From: an uncultured delta proteobacterium | GTDB taxonomy: Bacteria; Desulfobacterota; Binatia; UBA9968 | DNA: 63,056 bases | Assembly: GCA_963840855.1 (NCBI GenBank) | Contig: CAWJBB010000005.1 | Coordinates: 1-63,056, forward strand | Direction of reading: 5' to 3' | Part shown: positions 1 to 9,430 of the stretch, piece by piece | Layout: every line of letters starts with the position of its first letter | How positions within the stretch are numbered: position 1 is the first letter of the stretch | Program-made: the position numbers and the translations under genes | The notes under the pieces: generated by a model | The model's input: only the letters and a program-made list of their open reading frames with translations | The model's database searches: none | What the model was told of the DNA's origin: nothing

Positions 1-349
1 CAAGGGACATGCCGAAATCGAGAACCTCAAGCGCAAAAAGGAGGAGGACCTCAAGAGCTTCGTGGATTTTGCAACCTGTCTGGGTTGGTATGCCGAGTAC
101 CGTTATGATCTCGGCGTAGATTTGATCGAGGAGTTAGAGCAACTGTGCAACGCGGTAGCCAAGGAATTTCCGCGGGTAATTTTCTTCTGCGGCACGCTAG
201 TGTTCGAACAGGAAAACCTGTTTACCCGTTTGTTGCACAATCATACTCCGTTTACCTTGCAACAGCGGCTGCAGTTCGCGGGCCTTGACATGATGATTTT
301 GCCGATTCGTGTTTTTACCAATGTTACGCCCGCGCAAAAAGCGGCATGA
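1..349 (+). CDS. APC-family amino acid permease, C-terminal cytoplasmic domain (5' partial)
   Basis: Frame runs in from the window edge; the C-terminus IFFCGTLVFEQENLFTRLLHNHTPFTLQQRLQFAGLDMMILPIRV is typical of this transporter family. Confidence 0.7.
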   Translation, partial: KGHAEIENLKRKKEEDLKSFVDFATCLGWYAEYRYDLGVDLIEELEQLCNAVAKEFPRVIFFCGTLVFEQENLFTRLLHNHTPFTLQQRLQFAGLDMMILPIRVFTNVTPAQKAA

Positions 350-450
350 GTTTTACCACGGGGTCTCGGGTAACTCAGCAGCCCCCGAAAAGCGCCATTA
401 ATCATCACTCTAGTGAGCTGCAACAATTGATTCGCGTCAAGTTCGAAGAA

Positions 451-520
451 CCCTTCGACAAGCTCAGGGTGAACGGTCAAGGCACAAGCCGTTCGTGGTG
501 AGGCTCTCGAACCATGAACG
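451..520. repeat. REP-like palindromic element (CCCTTCGACAAGCTCAGGGTGAACGG...CCGTTCGTGGTGAG family)
   Basis: Inverted arms; related copies at 52062-52155 and 55261-55353. Confidence 0.75.
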
Positions 521-538
521 ACAAACGCTATGTAGTTG

Positions 539-1081
539 TCACAGTTCACTAGAGCAACCCGCGGTAATAGATTTTCGCGCCTTCCGGATGAGCGAACGGC
601 GGTAGCTTGTGCCGTGGCAGCCGTTGTCCATAATATGCGCCACGGACCAGCCTCGGACGAGAAACGCATCCGCGAGCAACTGGCGGTGGCAGCGCCACGG
701 CACGGCTTCGGCGCACATGAACGCGGTTCGTTTCGCGCCGGCCAATCTTTCCACTTCCTCGACGATGTTGTGAAACTCATCCGTCAGCATGAAATCCGCA
801 TAGGCGCGGAAGGCGCCAACTTTCCAGCCGGTGTTTGGCGAGTTAGGCGCCGGTTTGCGAAACCCGCCGAGATCGCCGCGCCAAAGATAGTCGACACCGG
901 CCTGTTCTAACGAATTCGATAACGCTTCGCGGTGAAATTGCGGATGACGCCGAGAGGCGGGCCAGCGGCGTACGTCGACGAGCAATTCGATTTCATGGGC
1001 TTCGAGCAAAGCGAGAAATGTCTCGATCGTCCTTGTGGAATGGCCGACCGTATGAATCGTTCGCGCCGAATCACAATTCAT
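539..1081 (-). CDS. DUF488 family protein
   Basis: TVGHSTR, LVDVRRWPASRRHPQF and MCAEAVPWRCHRQLLAD motifs; a probable indel near 615 shifts the tail (alternative frame HKLPPFAHPEGAKIYYRGLL*, stop near 549). Confidence 0.85.
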   Translation of the reverse strand: MNCDSARTIHTVGHSTRTIETFLALLEAHEIELLVDVRRWPASRRHPQFHREALSNSLEQAGVDYLWRGDLGGFRKPAPNSPNTGWKVGAFRAYADFMLTDEFHNIVEEVERLAGAKRTAFMCAEAVPWRCHRQLLADAFLVRGWSVAHIMDNGCHGTSYRRSLIRKARKSITAGCSSEL

Positions 1082-1089
1082 TTTAGCTC

Positions 1090-1156
1090 ACGTTCAAATG
1101 GTTCAAGCCGTCGAATTACGGTTTGAACATCTTGAACGACTGGAACTCCTGGAACC
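1090..1156. repeat. GTTCAA/TTGAAC palindromic short tandem array
   Basis: gttcaaatggttcaagccg followed by tttgaacatcttgaacgactggaactcctggaacc. Confidence 0.65.
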
Positions 1157-1195
1157 GCCGTCGTAGATGGCGTATATCGATGCTATCATCGCGCC

Positions 1196-2443
1196 ATGTG
1201 GTATTCCATTCCGCTCACGATGTTCTGGTTCACTTACTTTGGATCGCTGGGAATCTTTTTTCCTTATTTCAGTTTGTATCTCCGGGAGAACGCGGGCCTC
1301 TCCGGGACGCAACTGGGAGTGGTCCTGGCCATTTCTCCGCTGGTGGGGATGATCGCGCAACCATTGTGGGGCCAGGTGGCCGACCGCACCGGCGCGCGCA
1401 GCCGTGTATTGGCGTTTCTCACTCTGGGCACGGCGCTTGGGTATGCGGGTCTCGGACTAGCGCAGGGATTTGAGCAGATCCTGATCGCGATGGCGGCGCT
1501 GGCGTCGGTCGGCACGGCGGTGTTTCCGCTCATGATTTCTGTCAGCCTGGCAATTCTCCGCGATGAAGGGCGACACGCCTTCGGCCGCGTGCGGGTGTGG
1601 GGCACCGTCGGCTACTTCATCCTTATTCTTCTCTTCCCATGGTTTCTCAGCATTTATCAACCGCCCGGCGTTGTGCATTCTACCGGCCGGGAAATTTCCC
1701 AACCGGGTCTCGGTCTTATGTTTCCAATTACGGCAGCTCTGGTGCTCGTTGCCGCGTTCATTGCGTTCGTGTTGCCGCAAAAGGGCGCGGTCGCGCTGCG
1801 CGCGCAGCGCGGCGACTGGCGTGAGCTCATGCGCAATGGCCCGTTTCTGCGGTTTCTTTTCTTTGCGCTGGCCGCCCACTTCCTGATGCACGGGCCCATG
1901 TGGCTGTTTCCACTCTTTGTCCGCTCCCGCGGCGGCGATCTGGAAATGATTCGCGCCATGTGGATATTGATGTTAACCTTCGAGATTCCGTTGGTGTTTT
2001 TGACGGGTAGCGGTCTGAAGCGGCTCGGCGCGCGCGGACTGCTGGCGGTTGGTGTTTTCGTGGGCGGTTTGCGTTGGACACTCTGCGCGCTACTCACCGA
2101 TCCCATGTTACTGTTTGCCGTCCAGGCGTTTCACGGCGTGACGGTGGTTGGCCTCAACTTGGGAAGCCCGCTTTACCTGGACACGGTCGCCCCGGAACGA
2201 CTGCGCTCGACCGCCCAGGGGATACTCTCCATGGTGGGGATGGGGATAGCGGGCATCGCGTCGAACACTGCCGCCGGCTGGTTAGTAGACCACGGCGGGA
2301 CGGACGCGCTTTATTTGATTTGCGGTTTGGGTGCGTTAGCATTGGGTTTGCTGACCGGGTGGTTCTTGCCCGCTGCCGCAACGCGTGACGACAAACTGCG
2401 CGCAGGAAGTGCTGCCGAGCGAGGTATTGCCGTAGGATTTTGA
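1196..2443 (+). CDS. MFS transporter (MFS_1-like / HcaT-PPP type)
   Basis: About 12 hydrophobic segments; WGQVADRTG and FGRVRVWGTVG motifs. Confidence 0.85.
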   Translation: MWYSIPLTMFWFTYFGSLGIFFPYFSLYLRENAGLSGTQLGVVLAISPLVGMIAQPLWGQVADRTGARSRVLAFLTLGTALGYAGLGLAQGFEQILIAMAALASVGTAVFPLMISVSLAILRDEGRHAFGRVRVWGTVGYFILILLFPWFLSIYQPPGVVHSTGREISQPGLGLMFPITAALVLVAAFIAFVLPQKGAVALRAQRGDWRELMRNGPFLRFLFFALAAHFLMHGPMWLFPLFVRSRGGDLEMIRAMWILMLTFEIPLVFLTGSGLKRLGARGLLAVGVFVGGLRWTLCALLTDPMLLFAVQAFHGVTVVGLNLGSPLYLDTVAPERLRSTAQGILSMVGMGIAGIASNTAAGWLVDHGGTDALYLICGLGALALGLLTGWFLPAAATRDDKLRAGSAAERGIAVGF

Positions 2444-2444
2444 A

Positions 2445-3104
2445 TTGGAGGCGCAGGTGTTGAAAACGACATGGTCTATGGGGGCTGTAAGCCTGATTAT
2501 CGCGCTCTTGTCCGTGCCGATGTTTTCCTCGCCGGTGGCGGCGCAAAATTCTACGGTAAGCGCGTTTTTGGATGGGTTAGGACGCGAGCCGATGCTTGGG
2601 TCCGCGGGCGCTCCCGTTTGGATCGTCGAGTTCTCCGATTTTCAGTGCGGCTATTGCAGGAGGTTTTGGCGGGATACTTTGCCGAAGCTTAAGGAGTCAT
2701 ATATCGAAAAAGGCACAGTGCGTTTCACTTACCGCCACTTCGCCGTTCTCGGTAAACCGTCCGAGCAAGCCGCATTGGCCGCTGAATGCGCCGCGGTACA
2801 GAAAAAATTCTGGCCATATCACGACAAGTTGTTCGCCAACCTGGGGGAATCGCTCTTTACCGAAGCCAATTTCAAACGGTTTGCCCGGGAGGTGGGGCTA
2901 GATGCCGATCAGTTCGGCGCCTGTCTCAGCGCCGGCAAGCACAAGGAAAAAGTAGCACGCGAAACCGCCACCGCGGCTTACCTCGGCGGCCGGGGGACAC
3001 CGCTGTTTTTCGTCAACCAAAAGCTTTTGCCTGGCGCCCAGCCATACAGCCTGTTTCAGAAAATCATCGCTGAAGAGCTGGCGGCGGTCAATACAAAGCG
3101 GTAA
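2445..3104 (+). CDS. DsbA/DsbG-family thioredoxin-fold protein
   Basis: Signal peptide, EFSDFQCGYC active site, GTP cis-proline loop. Confidence 0.88.
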   Translation: MEAQVLKTTWSMGAVSLIIALLSVPMFSSPVAAQNSTVSAFLDGLGREPMLGSAGAPVWIVEFSDFQCGYCRRFWRDTLPKLKESYIEKGTVRFTYRHFAVLGKPSEQAALAAECAAVQKKFWPYHDKLFANLGESLFTEANFKRFAREVGLDADQFGACLSAGKHKEKVARETATAAYLGGRGTPLFFVNQKLLPGAQPYSLFQKIIAEELAAVNTKR

Positions 3105-3127
3105 GGCAGCTATCTTTCCGACAAGGC

Positions 3128-3958
3128 ATGGAGCACCGCCTTGAGTTTTTTCCGCGCCGGTCCATGTTCTGGCGCGTGAATCGCGAGATGGTATCGCTTC
3201 TGGCCGGTGGGCGCGCTTTGCTCATGCAGATTGCGCACCCCAAGGTCGCCGCCGGCGTTGCCGAGCACAGCCGTTTTAAGGAAGATCCGCTGGGCCGCCT
3301 GCATCGGACCATGAACACCATGTGGTCCATCGTATTCGACGAGGCCGCCGCTGCCCGGGCTTCCCTGGAACGAGTCAGAAGCGTGCACGGAAAAGTACGA
3401 GGCGTCGTGGCGCAAAACGAAGCTTCTTTCACCGGCGCGCGCTACGACGCTCTAGACCCGGATCTGCTGCTCTGGGTGCATGCCACGCTGATCGATTCCG
3501 GCATCCTAGCCTACGATAATTTTGTTGCGCCCCTTTCGCCGATAGAAGCGTCTCGATATTACGAAGAAAGTAAAATACTCGCGCGGCTATTCGATATCCC
3601 TGAACATATCGTGCCGGCATCGCTCGCAGACTTCCAAGCGTACATGAAAGCTATGCTCGCGGGGAATCAAATCGCCGTCGGACCCAGCGCGGGAACGCTG
3701 GCAAAGGAAATTCTTTATTCCCTCCCCTGGCTCTTGAAGCCTGCCGGGCCGCTCTTTCGTTTGATAACCGCCGGATTATTGCCGGCGGAACTCAGGAAAG
3801 CTTATGGCTTAGGTTGGAACCAACGGCGAGAAAAAACATTCAAGCTTTCAACTCTAACGATTCGGACACTGCTGCCTCTTGTTCCGCGGCCGCTGCGCAT
3901 CGTGCCCCAAGCGCGCGCCGCGGAAAAGCGCGCAAACAAAGATGGAGTTTTGGAATGA
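3128..3958 (+). CDS. MpaB/DUF2236 (Lcp-like) oxygenase family protein
   Basis: ALLMQIAHPKVAAGVAEHS and DPDLLLWVHATL motifs. Confidence 0.85.
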   Translation: MEHRLEFFPRRSMFWRVNREMVSLLAGGRALLMQIAHPKVAAGVAEHSRFKEDPLGRLHRTMNTMWSIVFDEAAAARASLERVRSVHGKVRGVVAQNEASFTGARYDALDPDLLLWVHATLIDSGILAYDNFVAPLSPIEASRYYEESKILARLFDIPEHIVPASLADFQAYMKAMLAGNQIAVGPSAGTLAKEILYSLPWLLKPAGPLFRLITAGLLPAELRKAYGLGWNQRREKTFKLSTLTIRTLLPLVPRPLRIVPQARAAEKRANKDGVLE

Positions 3959-4083
3959 CGGAATATTGAGAGTGTCGTGATGTCCAAGGCTTCGGGTTGC
4001 GCCTATACCCTTAACCAACGTCTGTATTCTTAACGTCTGGAACGATTTGAACGTTTTGAACGGCTTGAACGGTACCCGGACCG

Positions 4084-5040
4084 TTACGCGGGCAGACCCG
4101 TGCCTTCCGGCGCCCCGAGCATGAGATTCAAGTTCTGAATCGCCACCCCCGCTGCGCCTTTGCCGAGGTTGTCCAGCCGCGCCATGAGCAGGACATGACC
4201 CGACTGGTGCGGTAGGACGCGCAGAGAGATTCGATTGGTTTCGTTATTCGCCTGCGGATCGAAGGTAAGTTCGTCGGCGTCGCTTGCATCCGTCAGCGGT
4301 TCGACTTCGACAAAAGTTTCTCTTTCATAGCGCGCCGCAAACGCGTCCCACATCGCTTCTCCTGTGGTTGTCTTCGGTAAAGTCTTCGCCGGGATCATTA
4401 TCGCCACCCGCATGCCGCAGCGAAAAGGGCCGACGGCAGGCAAAAATTGCGGTTCTGCGCTAAGCGCGCCGTGGCGCATGATTTCGGGAATATGCTTGTG
4501 GACTTTGTTGATGCTGTAGGGCGCTTCGTGGGCGAGCTTGAGCAATCCTCGTTTAGGATTCTCCCAGCGCTCGATCAGCGAACGGCCACCGCCCGAGTAG
4601 CCGGAAAGCGCGTGGATCGATAACGCTGAATCGGCAGGTAGGAGCCCGGCATCGACGAGCGGGCGAACGAGCAAAACTACGGCGGACGCATAGCAACCCG
4701 GATTTGCCACGCGCGGCGCTGTCGCGATCCGTTCCCGCTGGCCCGAAACCAGTTCCGGCAAACCGTAAACCCAGCCTTCGCTCACGCGGTGCGCGGTGCT
4801 GGCATCGAGAATACGCACCGGCGAGTCGGCGAGCCATGCCGCCGCGTCCTTCGCTGCGTCGTCGGGTAAGCAGAGAAGCACAATGGTGGCGTCACGCAAC
4901 GCCTGCTTGCGCGCGTCAGCGTCTTTGCGCAACTCCTCGGGGAGGGTGATTACCTCTATATCATCCCGCCCCGTGAGCCATTCACGGATGCGCAAGGCCG
5001 TCGTTCCCGCCTGACCGTCTATGTAGATTTTGCGCGGCAT
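4084..5040 (-). CDS. argC: N-acetyl-gamma-glutamyl-phosphate reductase, type 2
   Basis: IDGQAGTTALRI, ANPGCY, SGYSGGG and DNLGKGA motifs. Confidence 0.95.
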   Translation of the reverse strand: MPRKIYIDGQAGTTALRIREWLTGRDDIEVITLPEELRKDADARKQALRDATIVLLCLPDDAAKDAAAWLADSPVRILDASTAHRVSEGWVYGLPELVSGQRERIATAPRVANPGCYASAVVLLVRPLVDAGLLPADSALSIHALSGYSGGGRSLIERWENPKRGLLKLAHEAPYSINKVHKHIPEIMRHGALSAEPQFLPAVGPFRCGMRVAIMIPAKTLPKTTTGEAMWDAFAARYERETFVEVEPLTDASDADELTFDPQANNETNRISLRVLPHQSGHVLLMARLDNLGKGAAGVAIQNLNLMLGAPEGTGLPA

Positions 5041-5065
5041 ATCGGATTTCTTATTATCTAAGCTT

Positions 5066-5162
5066 GGTTCAACGTTCAAGGTTCAATATATTCAACGTAT
5101 GCCGGAGTTCAAATTGAACGGCTAAAGTGTTGTCCCTAACTTTGAACGTTGAACTTTGAACC
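5066..5162. repeat. GTTCAA/TTGAAC palindromic heptamer array
   Basis: ggttcaacgttcaaggttcaa...tttgaacgttgaactttgaacc; 5129-5158 matches the reverse complement of 45357-45386 at 29/30 positions. Confidence 0.7.
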
Positions 5163-5173
5163 GGCGTACCCGC

Positions 5174-5719
5174 TTAGATTCCAGGTTCCTTCGGTGGCAG
5201 CGGTGGCTTGGCGATATTCTTGGAGATTTCCTCGACATCCCAAAGTTTCGAGAATTTAAGGGCCCTCGGGCAATGGCTATAAGACTCCTCAACGTCGAGT
5301 AACAGACCTTGAAGCACTTCGGCTTTTTCGTCGGGATCGTGTACTTCGAGTTTCACATTCTGGAGTTCAGCACCGTCGATCACTCTGACTCCGCCGTTGA
5401 CTCGCACCGTCTGGTTGTGGCCTGGTATAAAGAAAACCAAACCAACCTTCGGATTGCTTTCGATATTGCCGTAGCCGTGAAACAGTTTGTTTCCGGCGAC
5501 GTCGGGAATGAAGAGTTGCCTGTCATTGAGAATCTTCACGAACCCGGGCGTGCCGCCCTTCGGCGACGCGTCGCAATTGCCATCGGCGTTGCTCGTCGCC
5601 AACACGCAAAAGGGCGAGTGCCTGATAAAATCTTGAATCCATGAGGCCATCTGAGGCTTAACTTTACCCGCGGTACGCGGAACGGGATAGCCGAATTTTT
5701 CTTGATATTTGTTTTCCAT
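5174..5719 (-). CDS. Pyridoxamine 5'-phosphate oxidase-like FMN-binding protein (MSMEG_1061-like)
   Basis: SPFCVLATS...CDASPKGG.PGFV, GN...GNI..NPKVGL and HCPRAL motifs. Confidence 0.85.
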   Translation of the reverse strand: MENKYQEKFGYPVPRTAGKVKPQMASWIQDFIRHSPFCVLATSNADGNCDASPKGGTPGFVKILNDRQLFIPDVAGNKLFHGYGNIESNPKVGLVFFIPGHNQTVRVNGGVRVIDGAELQNVKLEVHDPDEKAEVLQGLLLDVEESYSHCPRALKFSKLWDVEEISKNIAKPPLPPKEPGI

Positions 5720-5847
5720 TAGTAACTCCGATTGGATGCTAAACGCTGCCGTTCAGACGCGCGGCCCCAAAAACTAAATCGTTCGCATTCGGCCCGAACC
5801 GTAAGAGAGGCCGCGCCCCACCGCAGTGGGATTGTCATGCGCCGCCC

Positions 5848-6075
5848 TCAGGCTCGCGGATAAGTGGACTTGTTGTCCTTCGTGACTCTAATTAGAAACC
5901 GCAGCGCCTCATTCACTGACTCGGCACTCGGGAACACCTCTGCTACATCGGGCTCTAAACGGACAACCGAGCTGCCGAAACTCTTACGACCCGGGCCGAG
6001 CTTCCGCACCTGTAATCTCTTCAGGTCGTATTCCGGCCGCAGTCGATCTTTCATCTCTGGCTTAACCTTCTTCAT
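5848..6075 (-). CDS. BrnA-like type II antitoxin
   Basis: LRPEYD...VRLEPDVAEVFPSAESVNEALRFL; overlaps the stop of a BrnT-like stub. Confidence 0.7.
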   Translation of the reverse strand: MKKVKPEMKDRLRPEYDLKRLQVRKLGPGRKSFGSSVVRLEPDVAEVFPSAESVNEALRFLIRVTKDNKSTYPRA

Positions 6076-6193
6076 AAGCTTTTCTCTCGGAAGAGGTGAC
6101 TTCTCTGGCGCTAATCACGCGCACAGACTCTCCTCTTTCTGTGTATGACACAATCAGCAAACGACCTTGCCGCGACTCGCCTAGCCGGATTTC
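6062..6193 (-). pseudogene. BrnT-family toxin, 3' remnant only
   Basis: Manual translation EIRLGESRQGRLLIVSYTERGESVRVISAREVTSSERKAYEEG*; the 5' part is missing and abuts the preceding antitoxin gene. Confidence 0.8.
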
Positions 6194-6423
6194 AACTGAG
6201 CCCTGGTTTGTTTGGGAAGTGCGGTTATCACTGACCGCAACAAAGAGTTTACCGACTCCGGCGACCGGAATACGGAGGCAACATCCGGGTCCAATACAAC
6301 TGCAACTGTCCCGCCCTTCATTAGGGGGGCAAATCGGTTTGGACGAGACTTGCGGTAGTCGAATCGATATTCTCGTCGCATCTCGTCTTTTTTTGGTCTC
6401 TTAGGAGTTGATGTTTTCTTCAT
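6181..6423 (-). CDS. Second BrnA-like type II antitoxin
   Basis: DEMRREYRFDYRKSRPNRFA...VVLDPDVASVFRSPESVNSLLRS. Confidence 0.72.
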   Translation of the reverse strand: MKKTSTPKRPKKDEMRREYRFDYRKSRPNRFAPLMKGGTVAVVLDPDVASVFRSPESVNSLLRSVITALPKQTRAQLKSG

Positions 6424-6460
6424 AGTCCCTTCGCTCTCGTTTTGTCGCCCTTCGTGCGGA
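6401..6460 (-). pseudogene. BrnT-family toxin, extreme 3' stub
   Basis: Manual translation SARRATKRERRDYEENINS*, overlapping the antitoxin start. Confidence 0.65.
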
Positions 6461-6491
6461 ACAGAAAAAGACAAAGGTATTTGAACTTTAA

Positions 6492-7179
6492 TCATGTAGG
6501 CGTTTCGTTTGGGTAAAATATTTCATATCCGCATTCTTTTGGCATTAGATATCCTAATTTTATATCATACTTCCGACATATCTGAATAAATACATCGTCA
6601 AATCGGGTATTCCTCCCGCCGAGAATCACTGATCTCGGTGTTACGTCTTCTAAATAATGATCTGAGGCTAATACTTCAGATAGATTCGATATTCGTCTTC
6701 GTACGCCCATTCGTTTCTCTTTCCTTCGTAGTATACCATATGAATATGGAGTTTCACTGCCATTGCCGATAGCCTTGACAGCAGCGTACGATATTTCGGT
6801 CTTCTTCGCCGAGTACTCTATCGGTAACACGTCGATTAACGGACTATTGCAGGGAAGCTCGTATTCGAACGCAATGCCGGAATATCCGTTCGCATAATGC
6901 GCCCAAAGCAAGGGGTTGTCTGCCTTGGCAGCAAAACAAGTAAATCTCGTCTCCTATTGATGTTGTGTCGTGCCAGATATAGTTCATTACAATACTCATC
7001 AGCCCCAATTTCCGAGATGATCGTTTTTTCATCAATAACCTGAAAACGCTCCTTCCTCTGGGTCGTTCATCGCATCGTGGGTTGACAGATATATTCGACT
7101 TATTAACGATCATATCCAACGCGAACAGTAGACCGTCTCCGTGAAGTGATCTAAATTTATAAAATTTCATAAATTTCAT
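6492..7179 (-). CDS. DUF2971 domain protein (frameshifted in this sequence)
   Basis: N-terminal FYKFRSL, a shifted MNDPEEG, then NPLLWAHYANGYSGIAFEY; AT-rich; split over several frames. Confidence 0.72.
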
Positions 7180-7262
7180 CTAAATTTGCCTGTCATAATA
7201 TTCGCAAGGATCAGCAAAACGATCGCGAGCGGCAAGAAGATCAGAACGGTCGAAAGTTCCAT
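7176..7262 (-). CDS. Putative 28-aa membrane peptide
   Basis: MELSTVLIFLPLAIVLLILANIMTGKFR*; AGAGGA RBS; ATGA overlap with the DUF2971 start. Confidence 0.35.
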   Translation of the reverse strand: MELSTVLIFLPLAIVLLILANIMTGKFR

Positions 7263-7332
7263 GATGAATCAGCTTCCTCTATGTTGGAAGTTGTGTTGAG
7301 GGTGAACACGTCACGAGCGTAGGCATGAAGGA

Positions 7333-7396
7333 ACCTAACGAGTGAGATTAGGGCGCGTGCGTATTTGCAAGTCGCCCCTGGAGCGATTTGTTAGAA
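7333..7396 (-). mobile_element. Integron attC recombination site
   Basis: Minus strand TTCTAAC-AAATCGCTCCAGGGGCG...CGCGCCCTAATCTCACTC-GTTAGGT; 64 bp imperfect palindrome with R'' and R' (GTTRRRY) boxes. Confidence 0.72.
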
Positions 7397-8041
7397 GCAC
7401 TGTCGCGCCACCTCACATCGAAAACCGACATCCAGTCATAAGTAATGACAAAGTTGTTCAGGTCGTCCGCGACCGGCCTGCCAAGCAAGTCTCCGTACTT
7501 GGCCGCAACCGACACAAGTTTGCCGAGCACCTCGTAAATTTCCTCGAAGTTGGTTTTTCGTAGCCTACGGCGCCGGTCTAAGTGAGCTATGTCTTTATTG
7601 ACGAGAGTACAGATGCGCTCGGAATGACGTTTGAGAAGGCCAATATCCTGCAACGGCACGGACTTCGGAAGTCGATCTACATTGACTCCGCCAGTGTATT
7701 TCGCCCAATACATTGCCGCTATGTCACGGTGATGCATTGGATAAGCCGCAAAGAATGAGCGCTTGGTAATGGTTCCAGGGCTATTGGCAATTTCCCCAAT
7801 TAACTTTCCGAGACTGTACGTGCGGGAATCTGTGATCGACAAGCTTGCGTACCTGTAGCATAAGCGAACGCTCGTGATTGTGTAGTGCCCACTGATGGAA
7901 ATTCCATGGACTGCTAATTGCCGTGTTGGATTCGACGAGTGCGTAGTAGCCGTCAAAGATAACCTTGTCCTCTCTGATCGAATCGATGATGACTTGGTAG
8001 ATCGTTTTGATCCAACGTCGCCACTTACGCATTCCGGACAT
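7348..8041 (-). CDS. HEPN (AbiU2-like) domain protein, frameshift near 7835; integron gene cassette
   Basis: Joined ORFs ...SLMLQVRKLVD/DSRTYSLGKLIGEI...LVNKDIAHLD; helical protein with a degenerate Rx4-6H-type motif; flanked by cassette boundaries. Confidence 0.6.
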
Positions 8042-8053
8042 GCTGCAATACTC

Positions 8054-8092
8054 AGTGCTTCTAACTATTAAGTGATAAGTGAGTCGGTCAAT
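8054..8092 (-). other. Cassette 5' boundary / attI-like site
   Basis: Minus strand ...CACTTATCACTTAATA-GTTAGAAGCACT; the last 12 bp are the exact inverted repeat of AGTGCTTCTAAC at 7401-7390; no upstream palindrome, so not an attC. Confidence 0.45.
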
Positions 8093-8265
8093 CTATTTCA
8101 AACGTTTTTTCAGAGATGGGTGATCTATAATCATTTTCGCCACTTAACAACGAAAAACTTGCCGCGGCAAACACTGCATTATTGTCAGCCTTTGCTGGCT
8201 CGGTGTTGATGGCTACCGGTCAATTTCGCGGTGAGTGCTACTGCTGCAGCGGCCGCTTAAGATTT

Positions 8266-9401
8266 CTACGCGGAGATTTCCTTGCTCGAAAGTCCGGCTT
8301 TCAAATCGCTGTGGAGAAGCCTGTGAAACAGATGTTCTCCTGCTTCGCGTCTGACTGAGAGCCGCCCAGTATTATATGCGCGAGAGGCAAGGCCGCGCTG
8401 AACGGATTCGCAGATCGCGACGTCCTCGGCCTGAATTTGTTCGCTGACGGCGATGCTGGCGAGATTGCGCTCGCGCGCGGATTCAGACACGTCGGCGAAA
8501 TAGTAGTCGAAGATAACTTCCGTGCGATCGACGGCGAGGGGAATCACGAGATTGGTATCCATCACTCCTTCGTAAATGTTGATCATGAAGTTCGGATAAA
8601 TCCAGTAATAGAAAGCGCTCGTCGCCTGTGCGGACCGAAGCTGTTTGGGATTCGCCTTTATCAGTGACCATCGGGCTCGACTGCAAGCAGAAACGCTCGC
8701 CGGTTTCGATCTTGTATTTCCTGGATCGAGAACGCTGTTTAGACCGCCGTGGATGTGCGGCACATGGTAGCCGCCGTCGAGATAATTATCGACGAAGACT
8801 TTCCAATTACAGTTGAGCGAATAATGGCGCCGCTCGAACCAGTGGAGTTGTTCAAGGTTCAAGGGTTCAAAGCGTTCAATGAAGATCGTTGCCTAAATAT
8901 TCTTTCAGTGATGAGACCGCCCGGTTCGAGTTTTGCAAACAACCAGTGTTGCCATTCGGCGATCTGAACCGGGACAAGCCCATTTGCCGAGCGGTCGAAA
9001 TTTGCGACACCGCCGAATTCCGGCGTATGGATGAGCGCGCCTTGAAGATCATATGTCCAGCCGTGATACGGGCAGCGCAGGTATCTCGGCTTTGCCTTCG
9101 GCTGCTGTCAAGACAGCGGCAGCGTGATGACGGCAGACGTTGAAGAAACCACGCAGGATGCCGTCGTTTCCGCGAATAACTAAAATGGGCTCGCCGGCAA
9201 TCTGACAAGTTAGGTATTGGCCCGGCTCGCGCACTTGATCGGCGCGCCCGACCAATTGCCACGAGTGAGAGAAGACGGTGCGCTTGCTCTAATTCAAATG
9301 ACACGCGGGTCGGTGTACCATGAGGAGGGAGGGGTGGAGGCTTCCGTTAGTGGGCGATTGGGATTGTACTTGGTGATTATTTCCCTGAGACCAGTGTCCA
9401 T
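8266..9401 (-). CDS. Rieske non-heme iron oxygenase alpha subunit (choline monooxygenase-like), multiply frameshifted
   Basis: TPPSSWYTDP, FFNVCRHH (Rieske), NWKVFVDNYLDGGYHVPHIH and EDVAICESVQRGL motifs. Confidence 0.85.
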
Positions 9402-9430
9402 GTCTTCAGGCGCAATCGGATAAGAAGCAA

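Noticed and set aside
8093-8265. Integron integrase next to the attI-like site
   Set aside because: The gap is too short, and no tyrosine recombinase motifs are seen here or elsewhere in the window
8848-8882. GTTCAA repeat array
   Set aside because: It lies inside the Rieske coding sequence (IERFEP-LNLEQL) and has no opposing arm; probably coincidental
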